Source: Acidimicrobiales bacterium (GTDB lineage: Bacteria > Actinomycetota > Acidimicrobiia > Acidimicrobiales > SZUA-35). Taken from it: 64,000 bases of DNA. The notes under the pieces were generated by a model that saw only the letters and a list, made by a program, of their open reading frames with translations, was not told where the DNA came from and searched no databases. Both the position numbers and the translations under genes were made by a program. How positions within the stretch are numbered: position 1 is the first letter of the stretch; each line of letters begins with the position of its first letter. Location: NCBI GenBank assembly GCA_020630065.1, contig JAHDCC010000006.1:61695-125694 (forward strand), written 5' to 3'. Below, piece after piece: positions 19,852-28,453 of the stretch.

Positions 19852-20979
19852 TTGATAGGTCAATCCCAAACTACAGACGCCAACACAATAGTTGTAGAGG
19901 ATTTAGACACAATCTGTAGCAACATGGGCGATCAACTGAACAAGCTAGCTGGTAAACGGCTTTTGTTGACCGGCGGTGCCGGGTTCCTCGGCTACTATCT
20001 CGTTCAATCGCTTCTTCGTTGGAACGAATCACGAGCCGCCGACGCACGAGTCGACGTGGTCGTGTACGACAACTTTATTCGAGGTGTTCCCGAATGGCTT
20101 TCAGCGATTGATGATCCGTCTTTAACCGTAACCACCCACGACATATGTGACCCGCTCCCGGCAACCAGCGGCGACTTTCACTACATCATCCACGCTGCTT
20201 CGATCGCCTCGCCTATCTATTACCGCAAGAACCCGATAGCGACGATGGACGCCAATGTCAACGGTCTGCGCCACTTACTTGACTATGCGGTAGAGAGTCA
20301 AGCGTCGGAATCGCCGGTAGAGGGGTTTCTGTTCTTCTCCACTAGCGAAATCTACGGCGACCCACAGCCAGAGTTCATTCCAACCCCAGAAACGTATCGA
20401 GGAAACGTGTCGTGCACGGGTCCCCGAGCCTGCTACGACGAATCTAAACGGTATGGCGAAACCTTGTGCGTCAATTTCGCTCAACAATACGAGCTTCCAA
20501 TTCGTATCGCTCGACCATTTAATAATTACGGTCCCGGTCTGAAGATCACCGACCGAAGGGCCCTCCCCGACTTTGCTCGTGACGTCTTTGATGGGCGAGA
20601 TATCGTGCTTCTTTCAGACGGAGCGCCTACCCGAACGTTCTGCTATATCACCGATGCCATCACCGGGTATCTCAAAACGTTATTGCTGGGTCGAGACGGC
20701 GAAGCGTACAACATTGGGATGGACCAGCCCGAAATATCGATCGCTGAACTGGCTGATCGCACGGTGCTTGTCGCCAAAGAACTATTTGACTACCAGGGGC
20801 AGGTAGTGAAGAAGGAAAGTTCCGACGCCGAGTATCTGACCGACAATCCGAATCGGCGATGCCCGGTGATCGACAAAGCGAGAACCGAATTGGGTTATCA
20901 ACCTAACGTTGGGATCGAACAAGGGTTGCGTCGATCGATGGTTTGGTACTCGGCTAACCGCGACGCGCAGGACGCATAG
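19852..20979 (+). CDS. UDP-glucuronate decarboxylase-like extended SDR (UXS/ArnA-C type)
   Basis: LLTGGAGFLGYYL, YDNF, catalytic YDESKRYGE. TTG 19852 has GAGGAG 5 nt upstream; ATG 19924 is an alternative start. The listed ORF begins at 19735. Confidence 0.82.
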   Translation: MIGQSQTTDANTIVVEDLDTICSNMGDQLNKLAGKRLLLTGGAGFLGYYLVQSLLRWNESRAADARVDVVVYDNFIRGVPEWLSAIDDPSLTVTTHDICDPLPATSGDFHYIIHAASIASPIYYRKNPIATMDANVNGLRHLLDYAVESQASESPVEGFLFFSTSEIYGDPQPEFIPTPETYRGNVSCTGPRACYDESKRYGETLCVNFAQQYELPIRIARPFNNYGPGLKITDRRALPDFARDVFDGRDIVLLSDGAPTRTFCYITDAITGYLKTLLLGRDGEAYNIGMDQPEISIAELADRTVLVAKELFDYQGQVVKKESSDAEYLTDNPNRRCPVIDKARTELGYQPNVGIEQGLRRSMVWYSANRDAQDA

Positions 20980-22334
20980 TGAAAGTCTCGGTAGCGGGCA
21001 CTGGATATGTTGGTCTGGTTTCCGGTGTCTGCCTCGCAGACAAGGGCCATGATGTGTGTTGTGTCGACACCGACGAAGGAAAAGTCGCACGAATCAATAA
21101 CGCTGAGGCTCCTATTTACGAGGTCGGGCTCGATCGATTGTTGGCCGACAACGTAGGAACGTCGTTATCGGCGACAACTGATCTCCGATCCGCCGTTGTT
21201 AATTCCGACGTAACCCTGATTGCGGTTGGAACGCCATTTGATGGTGCCGAAATTGACGTCTCATATATTGAGGCGGTCTCCCGGCAAATTGGTCAAGCGT
21301 TGCGAGAAAAGTCGACGTATCACGTGGTGATTGTAAAAAGTACGGTGGTGCCAGGCACAACGGATTCGGTAGTTGTTCCGATACTTGAAGCCGAATCGGG
21401 AAAAGTCGTCGGTGAAGATTTTGGGGTTGGCATGAACCCAGAATTTCTTCGTGAAGGCGAAGCGATTTCGGATTTCATGAACCCGGATCGGATTGTGCTC
21501 GGCGGTTTCGACGAACGCACCAGAGACGTTATGGTCGAACTGTATAAGCCGTTCAAAGGCGTCGACGTTGTTAAGACCAACAACAAGACTGCGGAGATGA
21601 TCAAGTACGCGTCGAACTCGTTGTTGGCGACGCTGATCTCATTCTCAAATGAGATCGCCAACCTATGCACCACGATCGGTGATATCGACGCCGTGGATGT
21701 TATGCACGGGGTGCATCTCGATAAACGGTTCTCGCCGATCGTCGAAGATGGGTCCCGGGTTCGGCCAGCGTCTGTCACCTATCTTGAAGCAGGCTGCGGA
21801 TTTGGTGGTAGTTGCTTCCCGAAAGACGTCAAAGCGCTCATCGCTCACGGAGAAAAACACGGCAGCCCTATGCGGCTGCTCGATTCGGTAATCGAAGTCA
21901 ACAACCATCAGCCGCAACAGATGCTAAAAATGTTGTCCAAACATTTCGATTCGTTTGATGGCCTTACAGTAGCCATGATGGGCCTGGCCTTTAAACCTGG
22001 CACCGACGACATGCGGGAATCTCCGGCCATCCCTATCGTTGAAGCGTTGCGTGCTGCGGGAGCGACGATCCGGGCTTATGATCCGGTGGCACGTTCCGAA
22101 GCCGAAAAGCTGTTCGGGTCCGACAACATTGTTTACTGTGACACGATGAAACAGGCTTTGGTTGAGGTTGGCTCGTCAGAAGAGGCCGATGCTGTTCTGT
22201 TATTAACTAGCTGGCCCCAGTTTGTTGAACTCCCTACGTTGCTCGAAATGTTGGATACGCCTCCTGTGTTGATCGACGGGCGACGAATGATTAACAAACA
22301 AGATGTGGACCGGTATGAGGGAATTGGGCTTTAG
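20979..22334 (+). CDS. ugd: UDP-glucose 6-dehydrogenase
   Basis: N-terminal VAGTGYVGLV, NPEFLREG, catalytic GGSCFPKD. The GTG start overlaps the upstream stop. Confidence 0.9.
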   Translation: MKVSVAGTGYVGLVSGVCLADKGHDVCCVDTDEGKVARINNAEAPIYEVGLDRLLADNVGTSLSATTDLRSAVVNSDVTLIAVGTPFDGAEIDVSYIEAVSRQIGQALREKSTYHVVIVKSTVVPGTTDSVVVPILEAESGKVVGEDFGVGMNPEFLREGEAISDFMNPDRIVLGGFDERTRDVMVELYKPFKGVDVVKTNNKTAEMIKYASNSLLATLISFSNEIANLCTTIGDIDAVDVMHGVHLDKRFSPIVEDGSRVRPASVTYLEAGCGFGGSCFPKDVKALIAHGEKHGSPMRLLDSVIEVNNHQPQQMLKMLSKHFDSFDGLTVAMMGLAFKPGTDDMRESPAIPIVEALRAAGATIRAYDPVARSEAEKLFGSDNIVYCDTMKQALVEVGSSEEADAVLLLTSWPQFVELPTLLEMLDTPPVLIDGRRMINKQDVDRYEGIGL

Positions 22335-22865
22335 ATGAAATTTGTTGAGACCCCGCTTGCTGGTGCTTACGTCGTTGAGGTGGAGCGGCGCGGAGATGAC
22401 CGCGGCTATTTCGCTCGAGCCTGGTGTGAAACCGAGTTTGCAGAACTCGGATTGGCGAATCGTTTTGTGCAAGTCAACATGTCGGGCAGCGTCGAGGCTG
22501 GAACGCTGCGGGGTTTTCATTATCAGGTGACACCACATTCAGAAGACAAGTTTGTTCGATGTATCGCGGGATCGGTTTTTGACGTAGCGATCGACATGCG
22601 ACCCGAATCGGACACCTACAAACAGTGGTTTGGTGTTGAGCTGACAGCCGATAACAAGAAAGCGTTTTTTGTGCCTGCGGGTTTCGCTCACGGGTATCAG
22701 ACATTGGAGCCAGACACCGAATTGATGTATCAGGTTTCGGCGTTTTATGCTCCAGATGCCGAACGAGGATTACGGTGGGACGATCCCACCTTCGATGTCG
22801 AGTGGCCGATCGACGAGCCGATACTTTCCGACAAAGACAAGGTGTGGCCCGACTTCGTCGACTAG
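22335..22865 (+). CDS. RmlC-type cupin sugar-nucleotide 3,5-epimerase
   Basis: D.RG.F......E.F........QVN.S.....GTLRG.HYQ....E.K.VRC..G.V.DV.ID.R..S.TY..W....L....FVP.GFAHG. The start follows the ugd stop directly. Confidence 0.85.
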   Translation: MKFVETPLAGAYVVEVERRGDDRGYFARAWCETEFAELGLANRFVQVNMSGSVEAGTLRGFHYQVTPHSEDKFVRCIAGSVFDVAIDMRPESDTYKQWFGVELTADNKKAFFVPAGFAHGYQTLEPDTELMYQVSAFYAPDAERGLRWDDPTFDVEWPIDEPILSDKDKVWPDFVD

Positions 22866-22946
22866 ACCAAGCGCTGCGTTCAGCAGGAAGCGAAGTAACA
22901 GGCGGTCGGATAGCCCGTTGTTCCGTTTGGCCCCTATCTTGGAAGA

Positions 22947-23858
22947 ATGGATCTGTGCCAGGTCGAATCGTTTGTAGTTCTATCTGAGGAGCTTCACTTT
23001 GGGCGCGCAGCTGAACGGATGGGCTGCTCTCAGCCGGCGTTTAGCCAAAAGATAAAGCGGTTGGAAGAGTACGTCGGGTTTGATGTTGTCGACCGGTCAA
23101 ACCGTCAGGTCAAGTTAACCCCGGGTGGGGCGGCGTTTCTGCCTGATGCCCGGAAGCTGTTGAGTGATGTTGATGCGATGATTAGCTCTGCCAGTCGAGT
23201 GGCGACCGGAAACGCTGGAGTGTTGCGGGTTGGCTATGTCGAAGCGGCGCTGTTTGTTGTGATTCCGTCGATCACGGCCGCACTGAGAGAAACCAACCCA
23301 GACGTTGAGGTGGTGCTTGTTCCGGCTGAGTCGAAAGATCAGCTCCAGGCATTGTTGGATGAGACGCTCGATGTCGGGTTGATTAAAGGGTCGGCCGTTG
23401 AGGCTCCCGGCGTCGAGGTGTCGCCAGTTTTGTCCGAGTCGCTAGCGGTTGCAATGTCGGCGAGTAATCCGTTGGCCGATGACGCTGAAGTTCGGCTTCA
23501 AGACTTGGCTACCCAACGATTTGTTCTCTTCCCGAGAGAAAAAGAACCAGAACTGTACGACCAGTTGATCAACATGTGTGGTGAGTATGGTTTCGCTCCG
23601 AATGTGGTTCAAACCGCTTCTGGTTTTCAAGCATTGTTGAGCCTGGCGGCAGCCGATGTTGGGGTCACGTTCGTGACGGAGTCTATGTCGAAGAACACGA
23701 CACGAGATGGTGTGGTTTTTAGGCCGTTGGCGGATCCGAAACCGAAGATGGTGCTTTCGTTCATTCGAAGCTCGAAGTCGAAAAACCCTCTCGTCTTGAG
23801 TGTTGAGCAGATCTGTGACGGGCTAGATGTAAAGCTCGAAACCAACCGGGCTATTTGA
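22947..23858 (+). CDS. LysR-family transcriptional regulator
   Basis: N-terminal HTH LCQVESFVVLSEELHFGRAAERMGCSQPAFSQKIKRLEE plus a LysR substrate-binding domain. Confidence 0.9.
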   Translation: MDLCQVESFVVLSEELHFGRAAERMGCSQPAFSQKIKRLEEYVGFDVVDRSNRQVKLTPGGAAFLPDARKLLSDVDAMISSASRVATGNAGVLRVGYVEAALFVVIPSITAALRETNPDVEVVLVPAESKDQLQALLDETLDVGLIKGSAVEAPGVEVSPVLSESLAVAMSASNPLADDAEVRLQDLATQRFVLFPREKEPELYDQLINMCGEYGFAPNVVQTASGFQALLSLAAADVGVTFVTESMSKNTTRDGVVFRPLADPKPKMVLSFIRSSKSKNPLVLSVEQICDGLDVKLETNRAI

Positions 23859-23986
23859 AATTCAAATCTTTTAAGGATTTCTGATAGGTTTTGCAAATGG
23901 ACGGGTGTACGTTGACTATGTCGAACACGCCCAAAACACGCGCTGTTCGAAACCGTGTACCTTTCGGAGAAAGTAGACCCTGACCC

Positions 23987-25003
23987 ATGTTAAACCGCGC
24001 CAAATTTGGCGGCTATTTAGTCGCGCTTGCCCTTATCGCAGCCGCTTGCTCAAGTTCATCTGACGAAGCAATCGACAACGAATCCACCGCAACCACAGCT
24101 GCTGTGGAGTCCTCAACTTCAGTTCCCGAAGACTCAGAAACCAAAGAAGCCGACGACTCGTCAGCCGAGACGCTGTCTATCAACCTTCCTGAGGGAGGTG
24201 AATACCCAGAAGGTATCGCCATCGATGGTGACACCGTTTACGTCACGAGCTTCACAACCGGAGACATCTTTAGTGGATCGATCGACGACGAAGAACTCAG
24301 ACTGTTTGTGGAAGGCAGCGAAGGCGACTCGGCAGTCGGCATCGTGGCCGAAGGTGATCGAATTTACGTAGCAGAAGGAGCAAACAAGAACGTTACTGTC
24401 TATGACCTAGACGGTGAACGTATCGCAACCGTTTCATCCGAAGCAGCCGCCTTCCTCAACGATCTGACAGTCGTGGATGGGCAGGTCTATGTTACCGACA
24501 GCCAGGCGCCAACCATCTGGAGATTCCCGGCCGACATCACAGAAGACGCAACTCTCGAAGCTTGGTCTGACGTGAGTGAGTCGGTCGAATATGTTGAAGG
24601 ATTCAACCTCAACGGAATCCGACCAGGACCAGAAGGCACGTTGGTGACCACAAACTTCGCAACCGGCGCCCTCTACACGATCAACCTGGAATCGGGAGAC
24701 GCCACCGAAGTTGAGTTAACCGGCGGCGAACTTATGAACGGTGATGGCTTTGTTGGGGAAGGTGACACCCTGTGGCTTGTTCGAGGAACGTCGCCCGTGG
24801 TAACCAAAATCGAATTTGAATCCGCAGAGGCGGCAACCATCACCATTGGTGAACCCGACGAAAGCCTCGGGTTTCCAACAACAGGTGCCTTCGACGAGGC
24901 CGGAAACCTTTGGGTGGTCAACTCCCAATTCGATAAAGGCGGGCCAATCGGTGAAGGTACGCCGGACTTGCCGTTTACCATTTCAACTACACCCGCTCCA
25001 TAG
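23987..25003 (+). CDS. Secreted lipoprotein, probable beta-propeller fold (SMP-30/NHL-like)
   Basis: Lipobox LIAAAC, an acidic Ser/Thr-rich linker, and repeated ...G..YVT/YVAE... strands. The fold assignment is only by eye. Confidence 0.55.
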   Translation: MLNRAKFGGYLVALALIAAACSSSSDEAIDNESTATTAAVESSTSVPEDSETKEADDSSAETLSINLPEGGEYPEGIAIDGDTVYVTSFTTGDIFSGSIDDEELRLFVEGSEGDSAVGIVAEGDRIYVAEGANKNVTVYDLDGERIATVSSEAAAFLNDLTVVDGQVYVTDSQAPTIWRFPADITEDATLEAWSDVSESVEYVEGFNLNGIRPGPEGTLVTTNFATGALYTINLESGDATEVELTGGELMNGDGFVGEGDTLWLVRGTSPVVTKIEFESAEAATITIGEPDESLGFPTTGAFDEAGNLWVVNSQFDKGGPIGEGTPDLPFTISTTPAP

Positions 25004-25042
25004 CGACTAAACCCAAACGTTCTTCCCCCCCCATACACATGC

Positions 25043-25076
25043 AAAAGGCGGACCTTCTATGTGGAGGTCCGCCTTT
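25043..25076. terminator. Bidirectional hairpin terminator between convergent genes
   Basis: aaggcggacct-tctatgtgg-aggtccgcctt is a perfect 11-bp stem flanked by A-run and T-run sequences. Confidence 0.75.
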
Positions 25077-25107
25077 CGTGGGTATACAGAAAATCTCCGC
25101 CCAAACG

Positions 25108-25821
25108 CTAGCCGATGTAGGCCGTAACTACCGTGTCATCTTCAATCTCGACATTAACCCGAGTTTCGGTAGCATCGTCGGTCACATCAAATGACTCATC
25201 GTCTATTCGCAGCACACGAAACTCCAAGTTCTGTTCATCGGCAAGAGCTTCGGCATCGGGGGTCGCCAACCCGATGTACTCGGTTGCCTCCGACCCGATC
25301 GAACGGTTAGTCGACCGGCTATCAGGATGGATTTCGAGAGTCCGATCACCGAGTGGCTGCGTCAACGGGATCTCCATCTCATACGACAGCACAACGGCGA
25401 TGCAGGTTGTAGTTGGGGCTTCGGGGGTCAACCCACTCTGTAGTAAAACCTCGACTACATTTCCTTCTTCGGATACGGTCGCGGCAGCTCCAAAACAAGG
25501 TTCGGCACCTCCTTCGAAAGCGATAAACACACTCGAACCATCGGTGGTGTACACATCGTCGATCGTGATTGGCTGGAGCTGAGTCAGATCGTCCCGAGAA
25601 ACTATCGGTGTCACGTCCGAGGTGTCATTAGGAGGGGATGTCACCGGCGTGTCACCATCGACGGTGGGTTCATCGTCGACGTCTGTGCCTTTGGTGGGAT
25701 CTTCACCGCCTGGTTCGGCTTGTCCATCAGGGGAACCGGCGACAACGTCGCCTCCGTCGGAAGCACACGACGACAGTGCAAGCAGGGCGACTAACATGCA
25801 TGACAGGGTTACGTTTCTCAT
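25108..25821 (-). CDS. Lipoprotein with a C-terminal peptidase-inhibitor-I78-like domain
   Basis: MRNVTLSCMLVALLALSSC carries a lipobox, with GGGAG upstream of ATG 25821. The C-terminus ...EFRVLRIDDESFDVTDDATETRVNVEIEDDTVVTAYIG fits the I78 pattern. Listed ORF 25108-26196 is over-extended. Confidence 0.55.
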   Translation of the reverse strand: MRNVTLSCMLVALLALSSCASDGGDVVAGSPDGQAEPGGEDPTKGTDVDDEPTVDGDTPVTSPPNDTSDVTPIVSRDDLTQLQPITIDDVYTTDGSSVFIAFEGGAEPCFGAAATVSEEGNVVEVLLQSGLTPEAPTTTCIAVVLSYEMEIPLTQPLGDRTLEIHPDSRSTNRSIGSEATEYIGLATPDAEALADEQNLEFRVLRIDDESFDVTDDATETRVNVEIEDDTVVTAYIG

Positions 25822-25947
25822 ATCTCCCAGACGAACACGAGCGGCGATAAGTTCCCTCGACTCCAAATCGCAACGATTCGTTGACAACAAGTCAAGGCGA
25901 AAGTGCCAAGAGGGTAACACACTGGTCGTTGGTTCGAGTGGCATACT

Positions 25948-26724
25948 TTGTGCATGCCGGTTACCTTTCCCGCTCATCAAGGATTCATCGTCGGAGCGAA
26001 ACTTCGCTGGCCGAAACGAGTTGATGCAACCGCGCTGTGCATAAGCGCAGCCTCTCCCGACCTTACTTACACGTTGACGACCTGGCTGGCTATACAAAGT
26101 CAACGATGGGTAGGAATTTTCGTTTGGGTACTCCCAGTCACCATCATTTCCTGTTCCATAGTTCGATGGCGAGCCGCCAGCGGTATCTTCGCCCAACTGC
26201 CCGACTTTGGGTTACTGCGACTACGGTCATTTCGAGTCCTCGGTCATCGTTCGCCTCGCACAATCGACACGATAGTTAGCGCCATGCTGGGCGGTGCCAG
26301 TCATATGATTGCCGATGCATTCACCCACGATTTTCGGTGGGGGGCAAACCTGCTAAACCTAAACGACACGTTCATCAACCTGCCAGTCGTAGGCGAGTTT
26401 ACCGAAGCCCGGGTGCTGCAATATTTGGGTCACTCGCTTGGGTCGATCGGATTTGTTGGCGTGTTGTTGGTAATCGCGTCGAAAGGAAAACTCGCTGAAT
26501 GGTATGGCGAAACCGCAGTCAACAAAGCCCGCCAAGTCGACGTTTCGCCGGTGTCACGCATCGTGTTCTGGTCGGTGCTTGTTGTCCCCATCATCGTCGC
26601 CGGACTTGTGGCCCCACAGTTAGAACGCAGCTCGCTTTTTGCTGTCGTCACCGCATCATTCGTAAGTATTCTGGCCGCCGGATCGATCGTGGGTGAAAGC
26701 GGGTCCACCGACCTCACAAACTAG
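25948..26724 (+). CDS. DUF4184-like membrane protein (putative metal-dependent hydrolase fold)
   Basis: N-terminal MPVTFPAHQG and the motif HMIADAFTHDF, plus several TM helices. The family call is tentative. Confidence 0.5.
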   Translation: MCMPVTFPAHQGFIVGAKLRWPKRVDATALCISAASPDLTYTLTTWLAIQSQRWVGIFVWVLPVTIISCSIVRWRAASGIFAQLPDFGLLRLRSFRVLGHRSPRTIDTIVSAMLGGASHMIADAFTHDFRWGANLLNLNDTFINLPVVGEFTEARVLQYLGHSLGSIGFVGVLLVIASKGKLAEWYGETAVNKARQVDVSPVSRIVFWSVLVVPIIVAGLVAPQLERSSLFAVVTASFVSILAAGSIVGESGSTDLTN

Positions 26725-26772
26725 GCGCCTGACCGACGTCACGTGTTATCAACCCCGAAGCTGATCAGGCAT

Positions 26773-28206
26773 TCAGGTTATATCTGTAGGTAGCCAAAAC
26801 CCGGACAACGGTGCTGGATGACCTTGGGCGTACTGGCCTAAACGGTCGAGCGAAGAATCATCAAACAGGCCGATCACGTCGAAGATCGAAGTTGGCCCGA
26901 CCGACCGCATAACTTTATGACTGGTGCTACCGGGTTTCGGAACCGACGAGGTGAGAATCAGCAGACGAGAATCCGGAACCTGAGCATTCACAACACTGGC
27001 CCGTCCCAAGGTTTTCCACACAATTTCTGAACGATTCAAGCCGGGGCGAACCGCAGTAAACGTCCCTGCTACATCCACATAGAAAGAACGGCCGTCGCTG
27101 TCGGTCGCAAGAAAGTCGCACACCAAGCCGGTCTTCGCTATTTTTGGTTTGGTTTCCTTCACGCTAAACCCGGCAGCCGTTAGGGCCTGTTCCCCGATGT
27201 CGAGCGCTTTCAAACCCGTATCGGTCGCTGAGCGATATACCTGGTCGTAGTAGCTGACCGAGTTGTCGACAACGGTTTCGGAGAGTCGGGCCTGAGCCGT
27301 CGCCACATAGGTTGGGTCGAGATCGTATCCGACACCTCGGCGACCCGCTTGTTCGGCGGCAACTAACGTAGAACCTGACCCCAGAAATGGGTCGAGTACA
27401 ACATCGCCTTCATAGGTGTATAACTCAATCAGGCGCAACGGAAGGTCGACTGGGAAAGGGGCGGGGTGATTGACCCTTCGAGCACTCTCGGTGTCGATCC
27501 GCCAGAGATCTAAAGTCGCTTCCATAAATTCGTCGGTCGTCAACGAAGATCGATGTGGCCTATCAGCAGAGATCCGCTGCTTGGAGGTGCGTGCCCGATT
27601 GAAACGACCTTTCGACGCGATAATTACTCGCTCAGTAACGTCACGCAAAACCGGGTTAGTTGCTTTGCGGAACGAACCCCACGCCACGGACCCGGTCGCC
27701 CCATCGGCTTTTTGCCAAATAACTTCGCCACGAAGCAGCATCTGCAAGTCGTTCTGCAAAATGTTGATGATGTCGCTCGACAAACTTCGGTACGGTTTGC
27801 GCCCCAAGTTGGCGACGTTGACGGCAATACGTCCGCCTGGTTCCAATACTCGATGGCATTCGGAAAAAACGTCACGCAACATCGATAGAAAATCGACGTA
27901 GGTTTCGGGAATGTTGTCGCCACCTTCGGCAACCGCCAGTTCGTACTCTTTACCAACGAAATATGGGGGAGAGGTCACAACAAGTGCGACACTATTGTCC
28001 GGTAGTTCAGACATCGAACGAGAATCCCCGACGATGCATCGGGGTTCAGGCAGCTCGAAGGCATCGGCTATCTGGTCGTCATCGGAGAGTTTCGGAGCGG
28101 GGAACCGGTCATAGAAATCCGACGAATCATGGCTTTCGCGTCGACCTGCCCCAAAGGAACGAGTTTCGGTAGGGCGGCGAGGTGTCGGTTGCTCAGCGGG
28201 AGCCAT
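26773..28206 (-). CDS. Beta-class (N4-C/N6-A) DNA methyltransferase with an extra C-terminal domain of about 150 aa
   Basis: Motif IV VVTSPPYF precedes motif I DPFLGSGSTLVAAEQAGRRGVGYDLD (beta order). The C-terminal part (from ...SYYDQVYRSATDTG...) is not part of a standard MTase core. Confidence 0.88.
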   Translation of the reverse strand: MAPAEQPTPRRPTETRSFGAGRRESHDSSDFYDRFPAPKLSDDDQIADAFELPEPRCIVGDSRSMSELPDNSVALVVTSPPYFVGKEYELAVAEGGDNIPETYVDFLSMLRDVFSECHRVLEPGGRIAVNVANLGRKPYRSLSSDIINILQNDLQMLLRGEVIWQKADGATGSVAWGSFRKATNPVLRDVTERVIIASKGRFNRARTSKQRISADRPHRSSLTTDEFMEATLDLWRIDTESARRVNHPAPFPVDLPLRLIELYTYEGDVVLDPFLGSGSTLVAAEQAGRRGVGYDLDPTYVATAQARLSETVVDNSVSYYDQVYRSATDTGLKALDIGEQALTAAGFSVKETKPKIAKTGLVCDFLATDSDGRSFYVDVAGTFTAVRPGLNRSEIVWKTLGRASVVNAQVPDSRLLILTSSVPKPGSTSHKVMRSVGPTSIFDVIGLFDDSSLDRLGQYAQGHPAPLSGFWLPTDIT

Positions 28207-28266
28207 TCAGGAACCCTATCGGACCGGTAGTGGTGACAGCCAAACATTGTCGTAGCATCGGAACGC

Positions 28267-28299
28267 AAACAACTCGATCTTTGAGAGATCGAGTTGTTT
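28267..28299 (-). terminator. Perfect 14-bp hairpin downstream of tRNA-Arg
   Basis: aaacaactcgatct-ttgag-agatcgagttgttt lies between the tRNA-Arg 3' end and the MTase start. Confidence 0.5.
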
Positions 28300-28314
28300 C
28301 GTAACCGCTTGTTG

Positions 28315-28388
28315 TACGCCCGGAGGGATCCGAACCCCCAACCTCCTGATCCGTAATCAGGTGCTCTATCCAGTTGAGCTACGGGCGC
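28315..28388 (-). tRNA. tRNA-Arg (anticodon ACG)
   Basis: The reverse complement GCGCCCGUAGCUCAACUGGAUAGAGCACCUGAUUACGGAUCAGGAGGUUGGGGGUUCGGAUCCCUCCGGGCGUA folds as a cloverleaf by hand. Confidence 0.93.
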
Positions 28389-28453
28389 ATGATGTAAGCG
28401 AACTTTGATTGTAGTTGCTAGTTTGCCGACTACCTCATGAATAAATACGGTTG

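Noticed and set aside
25025-25032. C8 homopolymer as a possible phase-variation tract
   Set aside because: It lies in the intergenic region after the stop of 23987-25003 and before the terminator hairpin. It is not in a coding region or a promoter spacer.
25822-26196. 5' extension of the minus-strand ORF 25108-26196 (362 aa)
   Set aside because: A lipoprotein signal peptide with a GGGAG Shine-Dalgarno starts at ATG 25821. The extension overlaps the plus-strand DUF4184-like gene and has no recognisable protein character.
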